Shown piece after piece: positions 38,939 through 51,054 of a stretch of DNA of 64,000 nucleotides. The DNA comes from an uncultured Nitrososphaerota archaeon (GTDB taxonomy: Archaea; Thermoproteota; Nitrososphaeria; Nitrososphaerales; CADDZS01), in assembly GCA_963799845.1 (NCBI GenBank), contig CAWCYI010000004.1, positions 928,001 to 992,000 of the forward strand, in the 5' to 3' direction. The first letter of the stretch is position 1; each line of letters begins with the position of its first letter. Made by a program: the position numbers and the translations under genes. Under the pieces are notes generated by a model that was not told the origin of the DNA, ran no database searches, and saw only the letters and a program-made list of their open reading frames with translations.

Positions 38939-40690
38939 TTGCAGTACAAATGGACGGCTTTATCAAACACGACGATCGGCGCGCTGTTGGCGTCGCTCGA
39001 CGGGACTATAGTTCTGATTTCTCTCCCCGCGATCTTTAATGGGATCAAGATCGATCCGCTCGCTCCGGGCTCCTTCCAGTATCTGCTGTGGATTTTATTC
39101 GGTTACAGCGTCGTTACCTCTACCGTCCTCGTTACCTTCGGCCGCATCTCCGACATTTTCGGAAGGGTCCGGCTGTTCAACCTGGGGTTTGCAATATTCA
39201 CCGTGGGTTCGTTTCTCTGCTTTGCCGTGCCGAGCTCGGGGACAAACGGCGCGATCGAGCTCATCATTTTCAGAATCGTTCAGGGTATTGGGGGAGCGTT
39301 CCTCTTTGCGAACGGGGCGGCGATAATCACAGACGCATTCCCGGAGAACGAACGCGGCCAGGCCCTCGGCATCAACATGGTATCCATTCTGGCCGGGTCG
39401 TTGATCGGATTGATAGCCGGCGGGATTCTCGCCACATACAACTGGCGGCTCATCTTCCTGGTCAGCGTGCCCATCGGGATTTTCGGTACCGTTTGGTCTT
39501 ACGCGAAGCTGAAGGAGGTAGGCGCGATAAGGCGAAATCAGAAACTTGACATCTGGGGTAATGCGACCTTCGGCGTCGGTCTGACGCTCCTTCTGGTCGC
39601 GGTCACGTACGGGCTCTCCCCGTACGGAAATGCGCCGACTGGCTGGGGAGATCCGTGGGTGATAGGGTGCCTCGTCGGCGGGACGGCGCTTCTACTTGGT
39701 TTCATCTTTATCGAGACAAAGACCGTCGACCCCATGTTCCGGCTCGATCTTTTCAAGAACAGACAGTTTGCCGCGTCCAACTTTGCCGGATTGCTCTCGG
39801 CAATTTCCAGGGGTGGAGTACAACTTATGTTGATCATACTCCTGCAGGGCATCTGGCTTCCCCTCCACGGTTACAGCTACGCTTCCACGCCGTTCTGGTC
39901 CGGGATCTTCCTCGTCCCGATGCTCGTGGGGTTCGTCATCATGGGGCCGATCGGGGGGCGGTTTTCAGACAAACACGGCGCCAAGCTGTTTGCGACGACC
40001 GGGATGGCAATCTCGGCAGTCAGTCTGATCGCTCTTTCGCTTCTGCCGTTCAACTTTGAATTTACAGAGTTTGCCGTGATCCTGCTGGTTTTCGGTATCG
40101 GTGCAGGGATGTTTGTCTCTCCGAACACGGCGGCGATCATGAACTCGCTGCCGCCGGAGCACCGCGGTGTCGGCTCGGGGATGAGAGCAACTCTGCAGAA
40201 CGTCGGTCAGACGATGAGCCTCGCGGTATTCTTCACGATAGTCTTGGGGGCCCTATCATCCAGTCTGCCCGGCGCGATCTCTGCCGCGCTGCAAAATGCA
40301 GGGGCTTCGCAGCTGATACCGGCGTTCAACCACCTCTCGCCCTCTTCCGCGCTCTTTGCAACATTCCTTGGATACAACCCCGTCCAGAGCTTGCTCGCGG
40401 CGCTGCCGGCATCCACTGTCGCTGCCATCCCGGCTGCGACGAAAACGCTCTTGCTTGGTACCACGTTCTTTCCAAATGCAATCGCTCCCGCTTTCATTTC
40501 CGCGCTGAGGATAGCTTTCTACATCGGAGCGGCGCTGTCTGCAATCGCGGCGGTTACTTCCTCGCTGAGGGGAGATGCAAAGCCTCGGCCGCGAATCAAG
40601 CCAATGTTGGAAGCTCCTCGGGTAAGCGCTAAACAAGCTGTTCTTCCTTCCAGCGAGCCAGCGGCTACTCAACCCGACGGAGCAAAGTGA
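38939..40690 (+). CDS. MFS transporter, DHA2 (14-TM) type
   Basis: [30 protein letters not shown] and PMFRLDLF. Confidence 0.95.
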   Translation: MQYKWTALSNTTIGALLASLDGTIVLISLPAIFNGIKIDPLAPGSFQYLLWILFGYSVVTSTVLVTFGRISDIFGRVRLFNLGFAIFTVGSFLCFAVPSSGTNGAIELIIFRIVQGIGGAFLFANGAAIITDAFPENERGQALGINMVSILAGSLIGLIAGGILATYNWRLIFLVSVPIGIFGTVWSYAKLKEVGAIRRNQKLDIWGNATFGVGLTLLLVAVTYGLSPYGNAPTGWGDPWVIGCLVGGTALLLGFIFIETKTVDPMFRLDLFKNRQFAASNFAGLLSAISRGGVQLMLIILLQGIWLPLHGYSYASTPFWSGIFLVPMLVGFVIMGPIGGRFSDKHGAKLFATTGMAISAVSLIALSLLPFNFEFTEFAVILLVFGIGAGMFVSPNTAAIMNSLPPEHRGVGSGMRATLQNVGQTMSLAVFFTIVLGALSSSLPGAISAALQNAGASQLIPAFNHLSPSSALFATFLGYNPVQSLLAALPASTVAAIPAATKTLLLGTTFFPNAIAPAFISALRIAFYIGAALSAIAAVTSSLRGDAKPRPRIKPMLEAPRVSAKQAVLPSSEPAATQPDGAK

Positions 40691-40693
40691 GCA

Positions 40694-41157
40694 TTGTCAG
40701 TCAAGCGAGTCGAGTTATCGAAGGATCGAGTGGAGCTCTGGCGCGGGATATCTGATGCCTGGCGGCAGGTGCATCGCGAGGGCGAAAAAAATATCTCGAG
40801 GCTCGGGATTTGCACGACGGAGTTTCGGATTCTCCGCTTTCTTCACGAGACAGGACCGATGCCAATGGCAAAGCTCTCCGGCGATACTGGAATGAGCCAG
40901 CCCGCGATTACGGGTTTGATCGACAAGCTTGAAAGTCACGGCCTCGTCAAGAGAGACAGGGACAGCAAAGATCGTCGGATCATAAACATCGCAATTACAT
41001 CAAAGGGCGAGTCACTATTTCGGCGTGGTCTCAGGATGCACAGGCGGTTTGTCAAGGGCTCGCTGGCAGCATTGAGTGATTCGGAGCTTTTCAGCTGACT
41101 TCGATGATGAAGAAAGTTGCTGAGGCCGGTTCGATTTCGAGTCTTCGAACCGGTTGA
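40694..41157 (+). CDS. MarR family transcriptional regulator (frameshift near 41090; end uncertain)
   Basis: ITGLIDKLESHGLV and DRRIINIAITSKG. Confidence 0.9.
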
Positions 41158-41229
41158 TGGATCGAAGGTCTGCGGGTACTGAATGAACTTGAACTATCAA
41201 GACCTGCTTTTTTGCCAAGCTACTCAAGT

Positions 41230-41330
41230 CAGTCGGACTTGGGTGTTACTCACCGAAGCCGCCGAAGGTGGTTGGGGCTCGCGGGCACGGCTTTTGGTCG
41301 TGAGGAGTTTGCGGTCGATGAAGCTGCGAT
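41230..41330 (+). pseudogene. Tautomerase-family C-terminal fragment
   Basis: RTWVLLTEAAEGGWG and LAGTAFGREEFA in two frames; family assignment is from memory of similar bacterial proteins. Confidence 0.45.
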
Positions 41331-41479
41331 GAATCTGATTCAGAAATTTATCCGAGCAAGTACCATATCAATGGACACTCTGCCTCATCTTGTGGGAACA
41401 TCGACATGCGACCGGGGAATACAATATCGACAACAGAAGATCCGGACGAGCTAGTCGAATCTCCATCATCGCAACTCTA

Positions 41480-42181
41480 CTAGAACCCTATAGGCTCGCG
41501 GATGAGCACTAGCGTTATCCTACCGGGACGTTCGCCGTTGATTATCAGGATCTTCCCGAGAAAGGACGGACTGTTCCTCGTTTCGTGCATTCGGGCATCC
41601 TCGAGGGGATAACTGTATGTCTCCAGTCGACGCAAACCAGTATCAAGATCCGGAACCAATTTTTGCGAGCCAACCACCCAGATCACTTTCTCGGCCGATG
41701 CCGCATAAGGACCGAGCTGGTTTCCAGAACCGGACGCTACGAGGACCTGCCCCGCCTCCGTCACGGCATGCACGCTTCCGACGATTACGTCCGGCGCAGC
41801 ACCGAGTTTCACTCTTTCTCGGAACTGTGTTTGTGGATCCATCTTGTCAAGTTCCCTTCGCAAAGATTTGTATCTCGATCCAACGCCATTGATATCTTGA
41901 TCTAAGCCAGAAAGCCTGACAGTTTCGCTCAAAGAAGTGAATACCGTCTTGTCGAGAGGAAGTATAGTGTTCACAAGTGAACGAGCTTCGGTCGACGATC
42001 CGACTATTTGGACCGTGAAGCCGCGGTGCCTCAGAGAACCAGCAGCCACCTGGATTTGTTTCTCTGTTGCCGGTTTAGAGAAACGATAATCAATAGGGAT
42101 TCCGTATTTTGTCCTAATTTCAAGCATATTTTCTTGATTTTCAAGGTTTTTTTCTTTTTGCGCTTGTTCTTGTTGCGTCAA
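41480..42181 (-). CDS. LUD-domain (YkgG-like) protein
   Basis: VGSVHAVTEAG, SGNQL, VVGSQKLV and LIREPIGF. Confidence 0.85.
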   Translation of the reverse strand: MTQQEQAQKEKNLENQENMLEIRTKYGIPIDYRFSKPATEKQIQVAAGSLRHRGFTVQIVGSSTEARSLVNTILPLDKTVFTSLSETVRLSGLDQDINGVGSRYKSLRRELDKMDPQTQFRERVKLGAAPDVIVGSVHAVTEAGQVLVASGSGNQLGPYAASAEKVIWVVGSQKLVPDLDTGLRRLETYSYPLEDARMHETRNSPSFLGKILIINGERPGRITLVLIREPIGF

Positions 42182-42308
42182 TTCTACACAGACAAGGTAT
42201 GTATCGGGCGAGCAATATAATAGTATTGCACGTCCAATAACCCCTTTTACTGTGGTTGGAAGATAGAAGGATGGAAGTACGATGTCTGGATCGAAATCGA
42301 ACCTCTGG

Positions 42309-43345
42309 TCATCGGCCCAAAATCCCATGAACTCGGTCTCTCAAGCCGACCGTATAGACTGTTGCAACCGATATTACTCCTCCCAGCGCTACGTCAAAAA
42401 TTCGACCTCGGCATACTCCAGTCCGGCGGGGAAAATAATGTTGAGAAGCACTATGACAAAAGGTGCAAAGAATACTTGTACCAACCCAAGGTTAACTCCT
42501 CTAGTCGCGGACATCAAGAGTGAAAAAATAAACAACATTTCAGGAGCACGTACAGATTGCTAATTTCGAGTACCACTGCCGCGCCGATTGCTGTGCCTAC
42601 TAGCGTGTCGATGACCATCATCGAAGTAAACGTCAAGGTCAAGCTTAGGGTGGGCCTGAATGTGAGAATTATAATGACGACAACCCAGAAATCTCTTGGC
42701 AATCCTAGCGCGAGCGCAATTCCGAAACCGATCGCCGATGCAATTCCAAGGGCGGCTGCGTTCAAAATTACCTCTGACCGAGGCGTTGTAGGATTGACAG
42801 GACTTCTTGTTGAAATACGATTAGTTTTGTCTGATGATTTTTTGCGCGAAACGATGAGTCGGTGAAGCTCGACACCAGCCAGTGCGAAGACCGCGCCAAG
42901 CAACGACAGATAAGATCTCTCAAACGCAGTTGAAACGGAGCCTCCAGGCAGGCCAGCTCCGACGGCGAACGAAATGGCAGTAAAAGTCGCGAGCTGAGCC
43001 CATTTTGGATCAATCCGAGCCAAGGCCGGGACGAATACACCTATACCGATTAAAGCAGGGGCAAGAAAACCAGTCGTTCCTGCGAGGGTTCCAAGTGCCC
43101 ACGCCAGAGCTTCTGTAAAACATGCGGCCAGGAGTATCCATGAAGGCAGAGTGGATCGCGGCCCCTCGGTGTTGGTTAGAAAGACAGCCCCCAGCCCAAC
43201 GAAGACCGCCCCTGGGAAGCTTGTTACAAATCCGATGACCAACGGGCAGCATGACTAAGATCGCCGATCGGAGACCAGTAGAGAAGCTGAACGCGGTCTT
43301 GTCGAGACTCATAACTCCCTTGAAGAGATTGCTCGGGCTGCTCAT
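42309..43345 (-). CDS. FUSC family membrane protein (several frameshifts)
   Basis: GLRSAIL, FWVVVIIILTFRP and RIFDVALGG in different frames. Confidence 0.8.
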
Positions 43346-43446
43346 CGCGGTGATCTGCAGCTCAAACCGACCCCACAGTCAACTAATAAGGAGTGAATCA
43401 GCATAGTGAAAGAGTTGAACTAACACTCTTGACAACCCAAGACAAA

Positions 43447-44397
43447 ATGCGCGCCGCAGTAATTTACCGCTTCGGCGGTCCAGAGACACTTACGATTGCA
43501 ACACTTGATGTCCCCGAGATAGCACCAGATCAAGTGCTAATTCACGTCGAGTCCGCCGGAGTGGGCAAGTGGGATGCTTTTGAGCGCGAGGGAATGCTCG
43601 CCCAGATGTACGGAGGGACTCCCCACTTCCCGTATGTGCTCGGTTCCGAAGGAGCTGGCAGGATCGTTGCAATTGGCGAAAAAGTTAGGCGTTTCTACGA
43701 GGGAGACTATGTGTACGGTTTCGTGGATGCGAGAAATCCGAAGGGCGGATTCTACGCCGAGTACACCGCCGTGAACGAAGATCAGGTTTGGCCTGTCCCC
43801 GTCAAACTAACGACTGAACGGGCTGGTGCCCTGCCGATTGACGGTGGAACTGCTCTCCGCGGTCTGAGAGACGTGCTTGCCTTGAAACGAGGCGAAACTC
43901 TCATGGTCTTCGGGGCCAGCGGCGGAATGGGGCATTTGGCCCTGCAGCTAGGGAAGCGTATGGGTGCGCGGGTCTTCGCGGTTGCTTCAAGAGCAGATGG
44001 TGTCGCGTTCGCTCAGAGGCTCGGTGCCGATGCTGAAGTGGATGGTCATACGGCGGATGTAGCAGCTTCGGCGCGCGAGTTTGCCCCGGGCGGTATCGAT
44101 GCGGCGCTCCTCACGGCGGGTGGCGAGGCGGTCGAAAGAGCACTGACGGCAATGCATGACGGCGGTCGCGTAGCTTACCCCTACGGAGTCCGCCCCGAAC
44201 CAGTCGGGCGATCGGGCTTGCAAGTGAAGGGTTACAGCTCCAACTCCGACCGAGAGTTGATGGACAAGTTGAACGAGTTAATCGACCTGGACCCGTTCGA
44301 AGTGCACATCTCCCGGATGTTCTCCCTTGAGCATGTGGACGAAGCACACCTTGCGCTAAACACCCACTATCTCGGCAGACTAGCCTTGCAGCTCTGA
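43447..44397 (+). CDS. NADP-dependent quinone oxidoreductase (MDR family)
   Basis: FGGPE, PYVLGSEGAG, GFYAEY and GASGGMG. Confidence 0.92.
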   Translation: MRAAVIYRFGGPETLTIATLDVPEIAPDQVLIHVESAGVGKWDAFEREGMLAQMYGGTPHFPYVLGSEGAGRIVAIGEKVRRFYEGDYVYGFVDARNPKGGFYAEYTAVNEDQVWPVPVKLTTERAGALPIDGGTALRGLRDVLALKRGETLMVFGASGGMGHLALQLGKRMGARVFAVASRADGVAFAQRLGADAEVDGHTADVAASAREFAPGGIDAALLTAGGEAVERALTAMHDGGRVAYPYGVRPEPVGRSGLQVKGYSSNSDRELMDKLNELIDLDPFEVHISRMFSLEHVDEAHLALNTHYLGRLALQL

Positions 44398-44553
44398 GAT
44401 ACCCGGCATGAAGTATCTGTTCATTCGATACTTGCAATCATTTCAGATATCTGATTAACGTGGGTCCAAAATATCGACTGAATATTTTCATCCTGCTTTC
44501 GCTAACAACATCGTCTTAAAGGAAAAATAGATCTATAAAAAAATTCAATCGAG

Positions 44554-45549
44554 TTGAATAAACTAAAGATTAGTGTCGATGTCGGAGAAAATTACAACGA
44601 TCCTCTTCGCTTCGTCGAGTGCGCACTGGTCGCGGAAAAGTATGGTTTTGACACTATTTGGTACGGCGATCACTTCCTGCCTTGGTTTCACGGTGGAAAC
44701 AGGTCGTCATTCGTCTGGTCTGTCATGCCGGTCGCTCTAGACAGGACGAGAAAAATCAACATCGGCCCGGATGTGACCTGCCCCATTGGAGGCAGGTTTC
44801 ATCCCGCCATCATCGCTCAGGCATCCGCCACACTCGACAATATGTATCCGGGCAGATTCCTTTTGGGAGTCGGCTCCGGAGAGGCAATCAACGAGGCGCA
44901 ATTTTTTCCGAATGGCTGGCCGAACTGGAACGAGCGAATTGAAAGATTGAATGAAGCCGTGAAGCTGATGCGCCAATTGTGGGAGAAGAAGGACTACTTT
45001 ACTTTTGAAGGAAAGTACTTCACGATGAAAGATATTTTCCTTTATACCCGCCCCAAAACTCCTATCCCGATCTATTTCTCGGCCCTGGGAGTTAAGGCAG
45101 CCTCGTTTGCGGGGATGTACGGCGATCATCTGGTAACGATGGGCTCTCCCGAAAGGTGTGCCGAAGTTATTTTTCCTGCCTTCGAATCTGGCGCGAGAAA
45201 TGCCGACAAAGATCCTTCTCAGGGGGAAAAGATGGTCCTGCTCGATGTATATTTTGGAACGAAGGATGAAGGGATGAAGAGACTAAGAGAGACCGGGGAA
45301 GCGGGTTCCCTCGACATGGCGGCGTTTGGAGTTCTCGACCCACGAAAAATTGAGGAAATCGGACATGGGATCAGTGAGGAAAAGGTATCTTCTGTAAAGT
45401 GTTTTTGCCCCACGCCTGAGGATCTGATAAGAGTTATCGAGAGTTACGCTAGGATCGGAACGGACCATATCGCCATCGCGACAAACTCCTTTCCCGACAA
45501 GATTCAGATGATTGGAGAGGAAGTTCTACCACAATTTCAAAACGGATGA
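44554..45549 (+). CDS. LLM class F420-dependent oxidoreductase (G6PDH-like)
   Basis: DHFLPW, HPAIIAQASATL and GVGSGEAINE. Confidence 0.93.
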   Translation: MNKLKISVDVGENYNDPLRFVECALVAEKYGFDTIWYGDHFLPWFHGGNRSSFVWSVMPVALDRTRKINIGPDVTCPIGGRFHPAIIAQASATLDNMYPGRFLLGVGSGEAINEAQFFPNGWPNWNERIERLNEAVKLMRQLWEKKDYFTFEGKYFTMKDIFLYTRPKTPIPIYFSALGVKAASFAGMYGDHLVTMGSPERCAEVIFPAFESGARNADKDPSQGEKMVLLDVYFGTKDEGMKRLRETGEAGSLDMAAFGVLDPRKIEEIGHGISEEKVSSVKCFCPTPEDLIRVIESYARIGTDHIAIATNSFPDKIQMIGEEVLPQFQNG

Positions 45550-45641
45550 TCGAGAAATCTGAGTTTGCCCTTCGTTTCATATAGAACTCTCTAAATAACT
45601 GACGATACTCCGGTCTAAATTATCGGCTGGGTGTATTTGTC

Positions 45642-47673
45642 ATAATCCTCAAGAAGAATCTGGCAATCAGTAGAAGCGTCGCGGTAGTCATCGCCATCGT
45701 CGTAATAGTGGTCGCAGCTGGAGTTGGGGGATATGCCTTACTCTCTTCTTCGTCTAGCAGCTCTACAAGCTTGCAGACTTCGTCTGCGTCATCAACATCA
45801 ACCGCGAGCACAACTTCAGCGCCAACCTTCTCCTCCAGCACTTCGACTACTTTGACTCAGAGCTCTCAGCTCGTCGTCAACCAGCTCGGTTTCAAGTACC
45901 TCTTCCTCTTCATCTACTACTTCTTCCGCTTCGTCGACTTTCCAGAACACCCTGACCATTGACGACGTATATTGGCCTGCGCCCGGTGATCTAAACCAAT
46001 TATATGCGGTAGGCGAATCGCCATGGCCCGACTGGCTCGAGGACACGGTTTACCAGCCGCTGGTTGCAGTAAACTTGACGGCAGAGTACCAGCAGGGAAT
46101 CATTCAGTACCTTCCGGGTCTAGCTTCAAACTGGACAGTCTCCGCTGATGGCGAGACTTACACCTTCACCCTGCGGCCGAACGTAACTTTCTCCAACGGA
46201 GATCCGCTGAATTCGTATCAAGTCTGGATGGAAATGTACGGATTCTATTACATATCGAGTAACAGCTCAGCCTGGCTGGAATCGTACTCCCTGTTCAACA
46301 TGAACGCTTCCAATTTTGGTCCCGCGACGATCGCCCTAATCAACCAGAGTGGTTTAATTGATCCGTCGCAGCAGGCACTTGCCATAATGTCGAACAGCTC
46401 GTGGCCGATCTACGCCCCGAGTGCAAGTCAGATCGTTTTCCAACTCGCCGCTCCCTTCAACTATTTCCCGGGCACCCTAGTGGCGTTTGAAGGATTGATA
46501 TTCGACACACAATGGCTTTTGGATAACGGCGGGTTCGGCACTCCAACCTCGTTCAACACTTACTTCAACCAGAATCCGATCCCCGGAACCGGGCCGTACG
46601 AAGTTAAGACAGTCTCAGAAAATGCGTACGTGCAGTTTATACAGAATCCAACCTACTGGGGCGACAGCCTCTCTCCAGCTCAGATCGCGATGCAGCCGAT
46701 GTTTGATCCGGGTCACGCAAAAACCGTGATTGTGAAAAACGTTCCTGACGATCTAGTGCGCTACACGGATCTTACTACTGGAGCGGCCCAAATTGTAGGG
46801 GTAGAGTCTGCGGATTGGAATTTAGTACAGGCCAATCTCGATAAGCTCTCATACTTCACCCTGCCCCCATGGGGCGCTCTAACAACCGCCGTCGCGATGA
46901 ATACCCAGATCTTCCCGACAAACAACACCGACTTCCGCCTCGCGATCGTGCACGCGATCAACTATTCGGACATCGCTAGCACGGTGTTTTTTGGTCAGAC
47001 CGCTTCCATGGTCGGCCCAGAATACCCTGCGTGGAGCCAATTTTACGATCTGGGGAATCTCGCGCCCTACACCTATAACATCACCCTTGCAGAACAATAC
47101 CTGAACGAATCCAAAATTACAAACCCCGGGACTCTAGATTTCAGCACGATTTCCGGCTGCTCGTTCTGCATTGCGATCGCACAGATAGTTCAGGGCGATC
47201 TTTCCCAGATTGGACTCAACGTCCAGATCGAGGCGAGTACGGTCGGCACCCAGCAGGCACCATACGGCAACTTTGGATACGAAATCACGAATGAAAACGA
47301 GATTGCACCGTTATCGATGCTCGGGACGGGTGACTGGGCGCCTGCAACTCTGACTCCCGCGGATTATTGGGTGTCGTTCGTCAGCAACCAATCATTGCTC
47401 GGGAACTATGCGATATACTCAAACCCGACTGTCCAAGCGTGCGTTAATGCCTTCACGAGCACATCAAACGTTGCGCAAATCCAGGGACTATGCACAAGTG
47501 CCCAGAAGCAGATCTATGACGACGCGCCCTATGCGTGGCTTGGGGTGAACAGGCTTTGGTATGTTGATGGCTCTCTCGTCTGGGAGAAGGGGGTGGTACA
47601 GAACTTCTACGTGGATCAGGTGTGGAGCGGTCAGGACCTTGCTCCTATGTTCAATACCGTCACGTTCGGCTGA
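45642..47673 (+). CDS. ABC peptide-type (family 5) substrate-binding protein (frameshift near 45865; start uncertain)
   Basis: Class III-like signal KKNLA/ISRS, Ser/Thr linker, GLASNWTVSADG.TYTFTLR.NVTFSNGDPL and GTGPY. Confidence 0.9.
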
Positions 47674-48747
47674 TCATCGGGATTTTCCGCGGGCGAGGAT
47701 CGGCCAGACAACCTCGACCTCCCCATCTCGTATCCCGTAAAACTGGTTGTGCATGTTCACGGTTGTGTCCGTGTCGCTCGGATAGACCTCGACCTTGTCT
47801 CCAAGCTTGAGGCGTGTGTGGTTTGGACCGAGTTTTAGATGCGTGTGCTCGGCAGAGAGCTTCGTAACTTCGATGCCCTCCAGGCCCTTTACTTCGGGAA
47901 GTCCTTGATTGGTTGGAATCGATTTCAAGCCGGCGTCCAGGATGGCTCGATCTTCTGCGGGAACACTCGTTACTGTAGTCAAGATACTCAGCGCTAGCTC
48001 AAAATCGATCCCGCAATCGCGGTACGCGACATCCATCGTGACGTACGAACCCGCCTGCACGTCGGTGATACCTGAATAATTGCCGGTAAAGTTGTATGTT
48101 CCAGTCCCGCCCGCGCTGACAATCTCGACCGGGATACCCTTTTCTTCGATCAAGTCCTTGGTCGAAACGATGAGGTTGCAAGCTTTTTCATCCTCGACCT
48201 TTCTTTCTTTGGGATCAAGCATCAGACTGACGTGTCCCTCGTAGCCTCCCAGCCCCCTGAATTTGAGATTCTGCGACGATACAATCTTTTGGGCGAGAGC
48301 AAGAGCATCTGCGCCGGGTCTGACTCCGGCTCGATGATGGCCAATGTCCACCTCTATCACGATCCCGAGAGTTACCCCGCGAGCTCTTGCCGTGCTGGAT
48401 AGTTTTGAGACATTTTCCGCGTTGTCAACGGCGACGATGACATCCGCGTGCTTTGAAAGACCTAGGAGCCGTCCAATCTTGTCATCGGTGACAATCTGGT
48501 TCATTATCATAATGTTCTTGATCCCGGACCACGCCATAACCTCGGCCTCCTCCAGTTTTGCAACGGCGACTCCAACCGCCCCGGCGTCGATTTCTTTCAG
48601 AGCAATGATCGGCGTCTTGTGATTTTTCACGTGCGGACGCAGCTTTGCCCTTTTCCCGCTGAAATACTCCGACATTCGTCTGATGTTTTTTTCCATCAAG
48701 TCAAGATCGAGCAAAAGCGCTGGAGTTTCCAATTCTCTAAAGTTCAA
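47674..48747 (-). CDS. DSD1 family PLP enzyme (D-threonine aldolase / D-serine dehydratase)
   Basis: TPALLLD, LRPHVKNHK, GYEGH, GGTGT, DAGLKS and LSAEH. Confidence 0.93.
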   Translation of the reverse strand: MNFRELETPALLLDLDLMEKNIRRMSEYFSGKRAKLRPHVKNHKTPIIALKEIDAGAVGVAVAKLEEAEVMAWSGIKNIMIMNQIVTDDKIGRLLGLSKHADVIVAVDNAENVSKLSSTARARGVTLGIVIEVDIGHHRAGVRPGADALALAQKIVSSQNLKFRGLGGYEGHVSLMLDPKERKVEDEKACNLIVSTKDLIEEKGIPVEIVSAGGTGTYNFTGNYSGITDVQAGSYVTMDVAYRDCGIDFELALSILTTVTSVPAEDRAILDAGLKSIPTNQGLPEVKGLEGIEVTKLSAEHTHLKLGPNHTRLKLGDKVEVYPSDTDTTVNMHNQFYGIRDGEVEVVWPILARGKSR

Positions 48748-48804
48748 TTTCTAGCGAAGCAGATTTTTATGCTGCACGTATTAAGGGAATACAGTTCCTT
48801 AGAG

Positions 48805-48957
48805 CTAGTCAAGCATGGCATCGTTTGCATAAGCCGCGAGATAGATGGAATCCCACTCGAGACAGCACATGTGATGCTGCATTAGACAGACAGAAGCCCT
48901 TGTGTCGAGGCAGATCTGGCAAATGCAAAGATCGGCTGTTACGCTATATTCGGACAT
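48805..48957 (-). CDS. Small Cys/His-rich protein (50 aa; not in the ORF track)
   Basis: MSEYSVTADLCICQICLDTRASVCLMQHHMCCLEW... Confidence 0.6.
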   Translation of the reverse strand: MSEYSVTADLCICQICLDTRASVCLMQHHMCCLEWDSIYLAAYANDAMLD

Positions 48958-49051
48958 CTAGGTTGACCTCCATGAAAGGAATTAGTTAGTAGGGAGTCAT
49001 GTAATGGCTAGATCTAGATAACGATTGCTTGGGATAACCAGGTAGAATAGT

Positions 49052-49621
49052 TTGAAGACGAAACTTGATCTAAAAGCGCTCTTGGGAGTCTTGAATGAAT
49101 TTGCGCGATTTTACGTTCAGGGGATCAGAGTTAGATTCTCCAATAGTATGCGGGGCGGCGAAAGTGGAAGATCAGATCTCGAGGGACGCATAATCTATCT
49201 CGCAACAAAGCAGCAGCTCAAGGCAGATTCGATCAGTCTGGGTCTATCCTACGCATATCGCATCGGACCAAAGTACAGAAGGATGAAACTGACAAGGAAT
49301 GAAATGTATTTCCTGACTCTTCTTCATGAAATTGGTCATTTCAGAATCAAGGAGAAAGTTCCCTTGAGCTACCTGATGCTCAGAGACCAACTGATCAGGA
49401 AACACGATCACCGGGTCGAGTTTGACTACATCGAGCGGAGGCTCAGACGGAGGGCCAATGAGACAGAAACTGCGTGGAAGCTCAGGCTGGCTGGTTTCGA
49501 AACCTGGCTGGTAATCGGTGAATCGATTTCCCATCACATAAAAGTGGAGAACTGGGCCATCGACGAGTTTGAAAAGAAAAGAGGAGCAATCAGGAAGAAT
49601 TTGCTGGCGACAGGTCTTTAG
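49052..49621 (+). CDS. Hypothetical protein with HExxH motif
   Basis: TLLHEIGH plus a distal ENWA. Confidence 0.7.
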   Translation: MKTKLDLKALLGVLNEFARFYVQGIRVRFSNSMRGGESGRSDLEGRIIYLATKQQLKADSISLGLSYAYRIGPKYRRMKLTRNEMYFLTLLHEIGHFRIKEKVPLSYLMLRDQLIRKHDHRVEFDYIERRLRRRANETETAWKLRLAGFETWLVIGESISHHIKVENWAIDEFEKKRGAIRKNLLATGL

Positions 49622-49680
49622 TTAGGCGTTAATCCTTATCCCAAACAGTTTAATTGACTGGACCGGAGTGAATCGGGATT

Positions 49681-50379
49681 ATGGAAGCTAACGGGAAACC
49701 TGATTTTGAGGCTATAGTTTTCGACGCGTACGGAACTCTGTTCGATCTTGACTCCTTCGCGAGCGAAGCAAACAGGATCTATCGCGGGAGGGGAAAGACG
49801 ATTTCTCAAACAGTCAGGCAAAAGCAGCTGGAGTTTGCGATGACCCGTGACATCATGGGAAAATACACCAATTTTGAGCTGCTAACAAGAAACGCGATAG
49901 AATTTGCTCTGAAAAAATCTGGAATAAAGCGGACGGATACGGCAGTCGAAAAATTGTTTTCAAAATTTCTCAGCCTCAGGACTTTCAAGGACGTGCTACC
50001 TGCTCTAAACGACTTGGACGAACTCAACACTAGGGTGGCAATCCTGAGCAACGGGACTCAATCCATGCTCGACAAGCTGATTGAAAAAGCCGGTCTGTCG
50101 CTTCTTTCGGAGGACGTAATCAGTATCGATGAGGCAAAGGCGTACAAGCCAAATCCCAAAGCTTACCGGCACGGGATGAACGAGCTTGAAATTTTCGAGA
50201 AGGAGAAGATTCTCTACGTGTCTGGGAATTCGTGGGATGTTGCCGGAGCGAAGGCATTCGGATTCAAGGTTGGATGGGTCAACCGCACAAAGCAGCCACT
50301 GTTTGACGAAGGTTTCTACGAATTCAGACCGGACTTCGAGTTTTCAAGTCTCGCGCAGATAACCAAGCTCTTCGAGTAA
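49681..50379 (+). CDS. Haloacid dehalogenase type II
   Basis: FDAYGTLFD, ILSNG, YKP and VSGNSWDVAGA. Confidence 0.93.
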   Translation: MEANGKPDFEAIVFDAYGTLFDLDSFASEANRIYRGRGKTISQTVRQKQLEFAMTRDIMGKYTNFELLTRNAIEFALKKSGIKRTDTAVEKLFSKFLSLRTFKDVLPALNDLDELNTRVAILSNGTQSMLDKLIEKAGLSLLSEDVISIDEAKAYKPNPKAYRHGMNELEIFEKEKILYVSGNSWDVAGAKAFGFKVGWVNRTKQPLFDEGFYEFRPDFEFSSLAQITKLFE

Positions 50380-50420
50380 TCTTCCGCTAAGATTATACAA
50401 AGTATATCGAAGGTATCCCG

Positions 50421-50996
50421 ATGATAACTCCATTACCTCTCGACATTTTTGGCGCTGTATCGACCGATGCCTCTCTGCTCAGTTCGATCGCAATCATTCT
50501 CGGCGCCGTTTTCGTTGTGTTCCAGCTGCGCGATGACAAGAAGCTGCTCGAAGCTTCCGTGAGGCAGGCGAATTCCTCGCAAGAGCAGGCCCGCCTTACT
50601 ACCGAACAGCTCAAGCAAAATCATGATCTTGCCACCGTAGATCTTGTAACCAAGATCTACGACCAAGCAAACAGCATAGAGGTTCAGAATTCGTGGCTGA
50701 CCGTCCTCAATTCTAAGATCACATCCCCCGACGATTTTGCCAAGGTTCCAGAATCAACGCAGCTTGCCTTCCTACAGATGGCGTCGTTGTTTGAATCGAT
50801 AGGGCTTCTCGTCGAGAAGAACTACGTCGATTCGAACTTGATCGACGACATGTTCGCGACGCAGCAGGCGTGGGAAAGTTTGAAGCCTTTTGTCATGTGG
50901 ATGCGAAAAAAATACGCGACTGAAGAATACTACTACTTTTTCGAAAAGCTCAACAACAGACTTTCGGAGAACCCTGAAAACCTAATTGTAGGATAA
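50421..50996 (+). CDS. DUF4760-like membrane-anchored helical protein
   Basis: TM segment, FESIGLLV, W..LKP and YFFEKL. Confidence 0.7.
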   Translation: MITPLPLDIFGAVSTDASLLSSIAIILGAVFVVFQLRDDKKLLEASVRQANSSQEQARLTTEQLKQNHDLATVDLVTKIYDQANSIEVQNSWLTVLNSKITSPDDFAKVPESTQLAFLQMASLFESIGLLVEKNYVDSNLIDDMFATQQAWESLKPFVMWMRKKYATEEYYYFFEKLNNRLSENPENLIVG

Positions 50997-51054
50997 TCAC
51001 GTCCAAAACTCCTAAATCTTGTCTGTCTGATTTTCAACTTGGTGGTAAAGAAAC

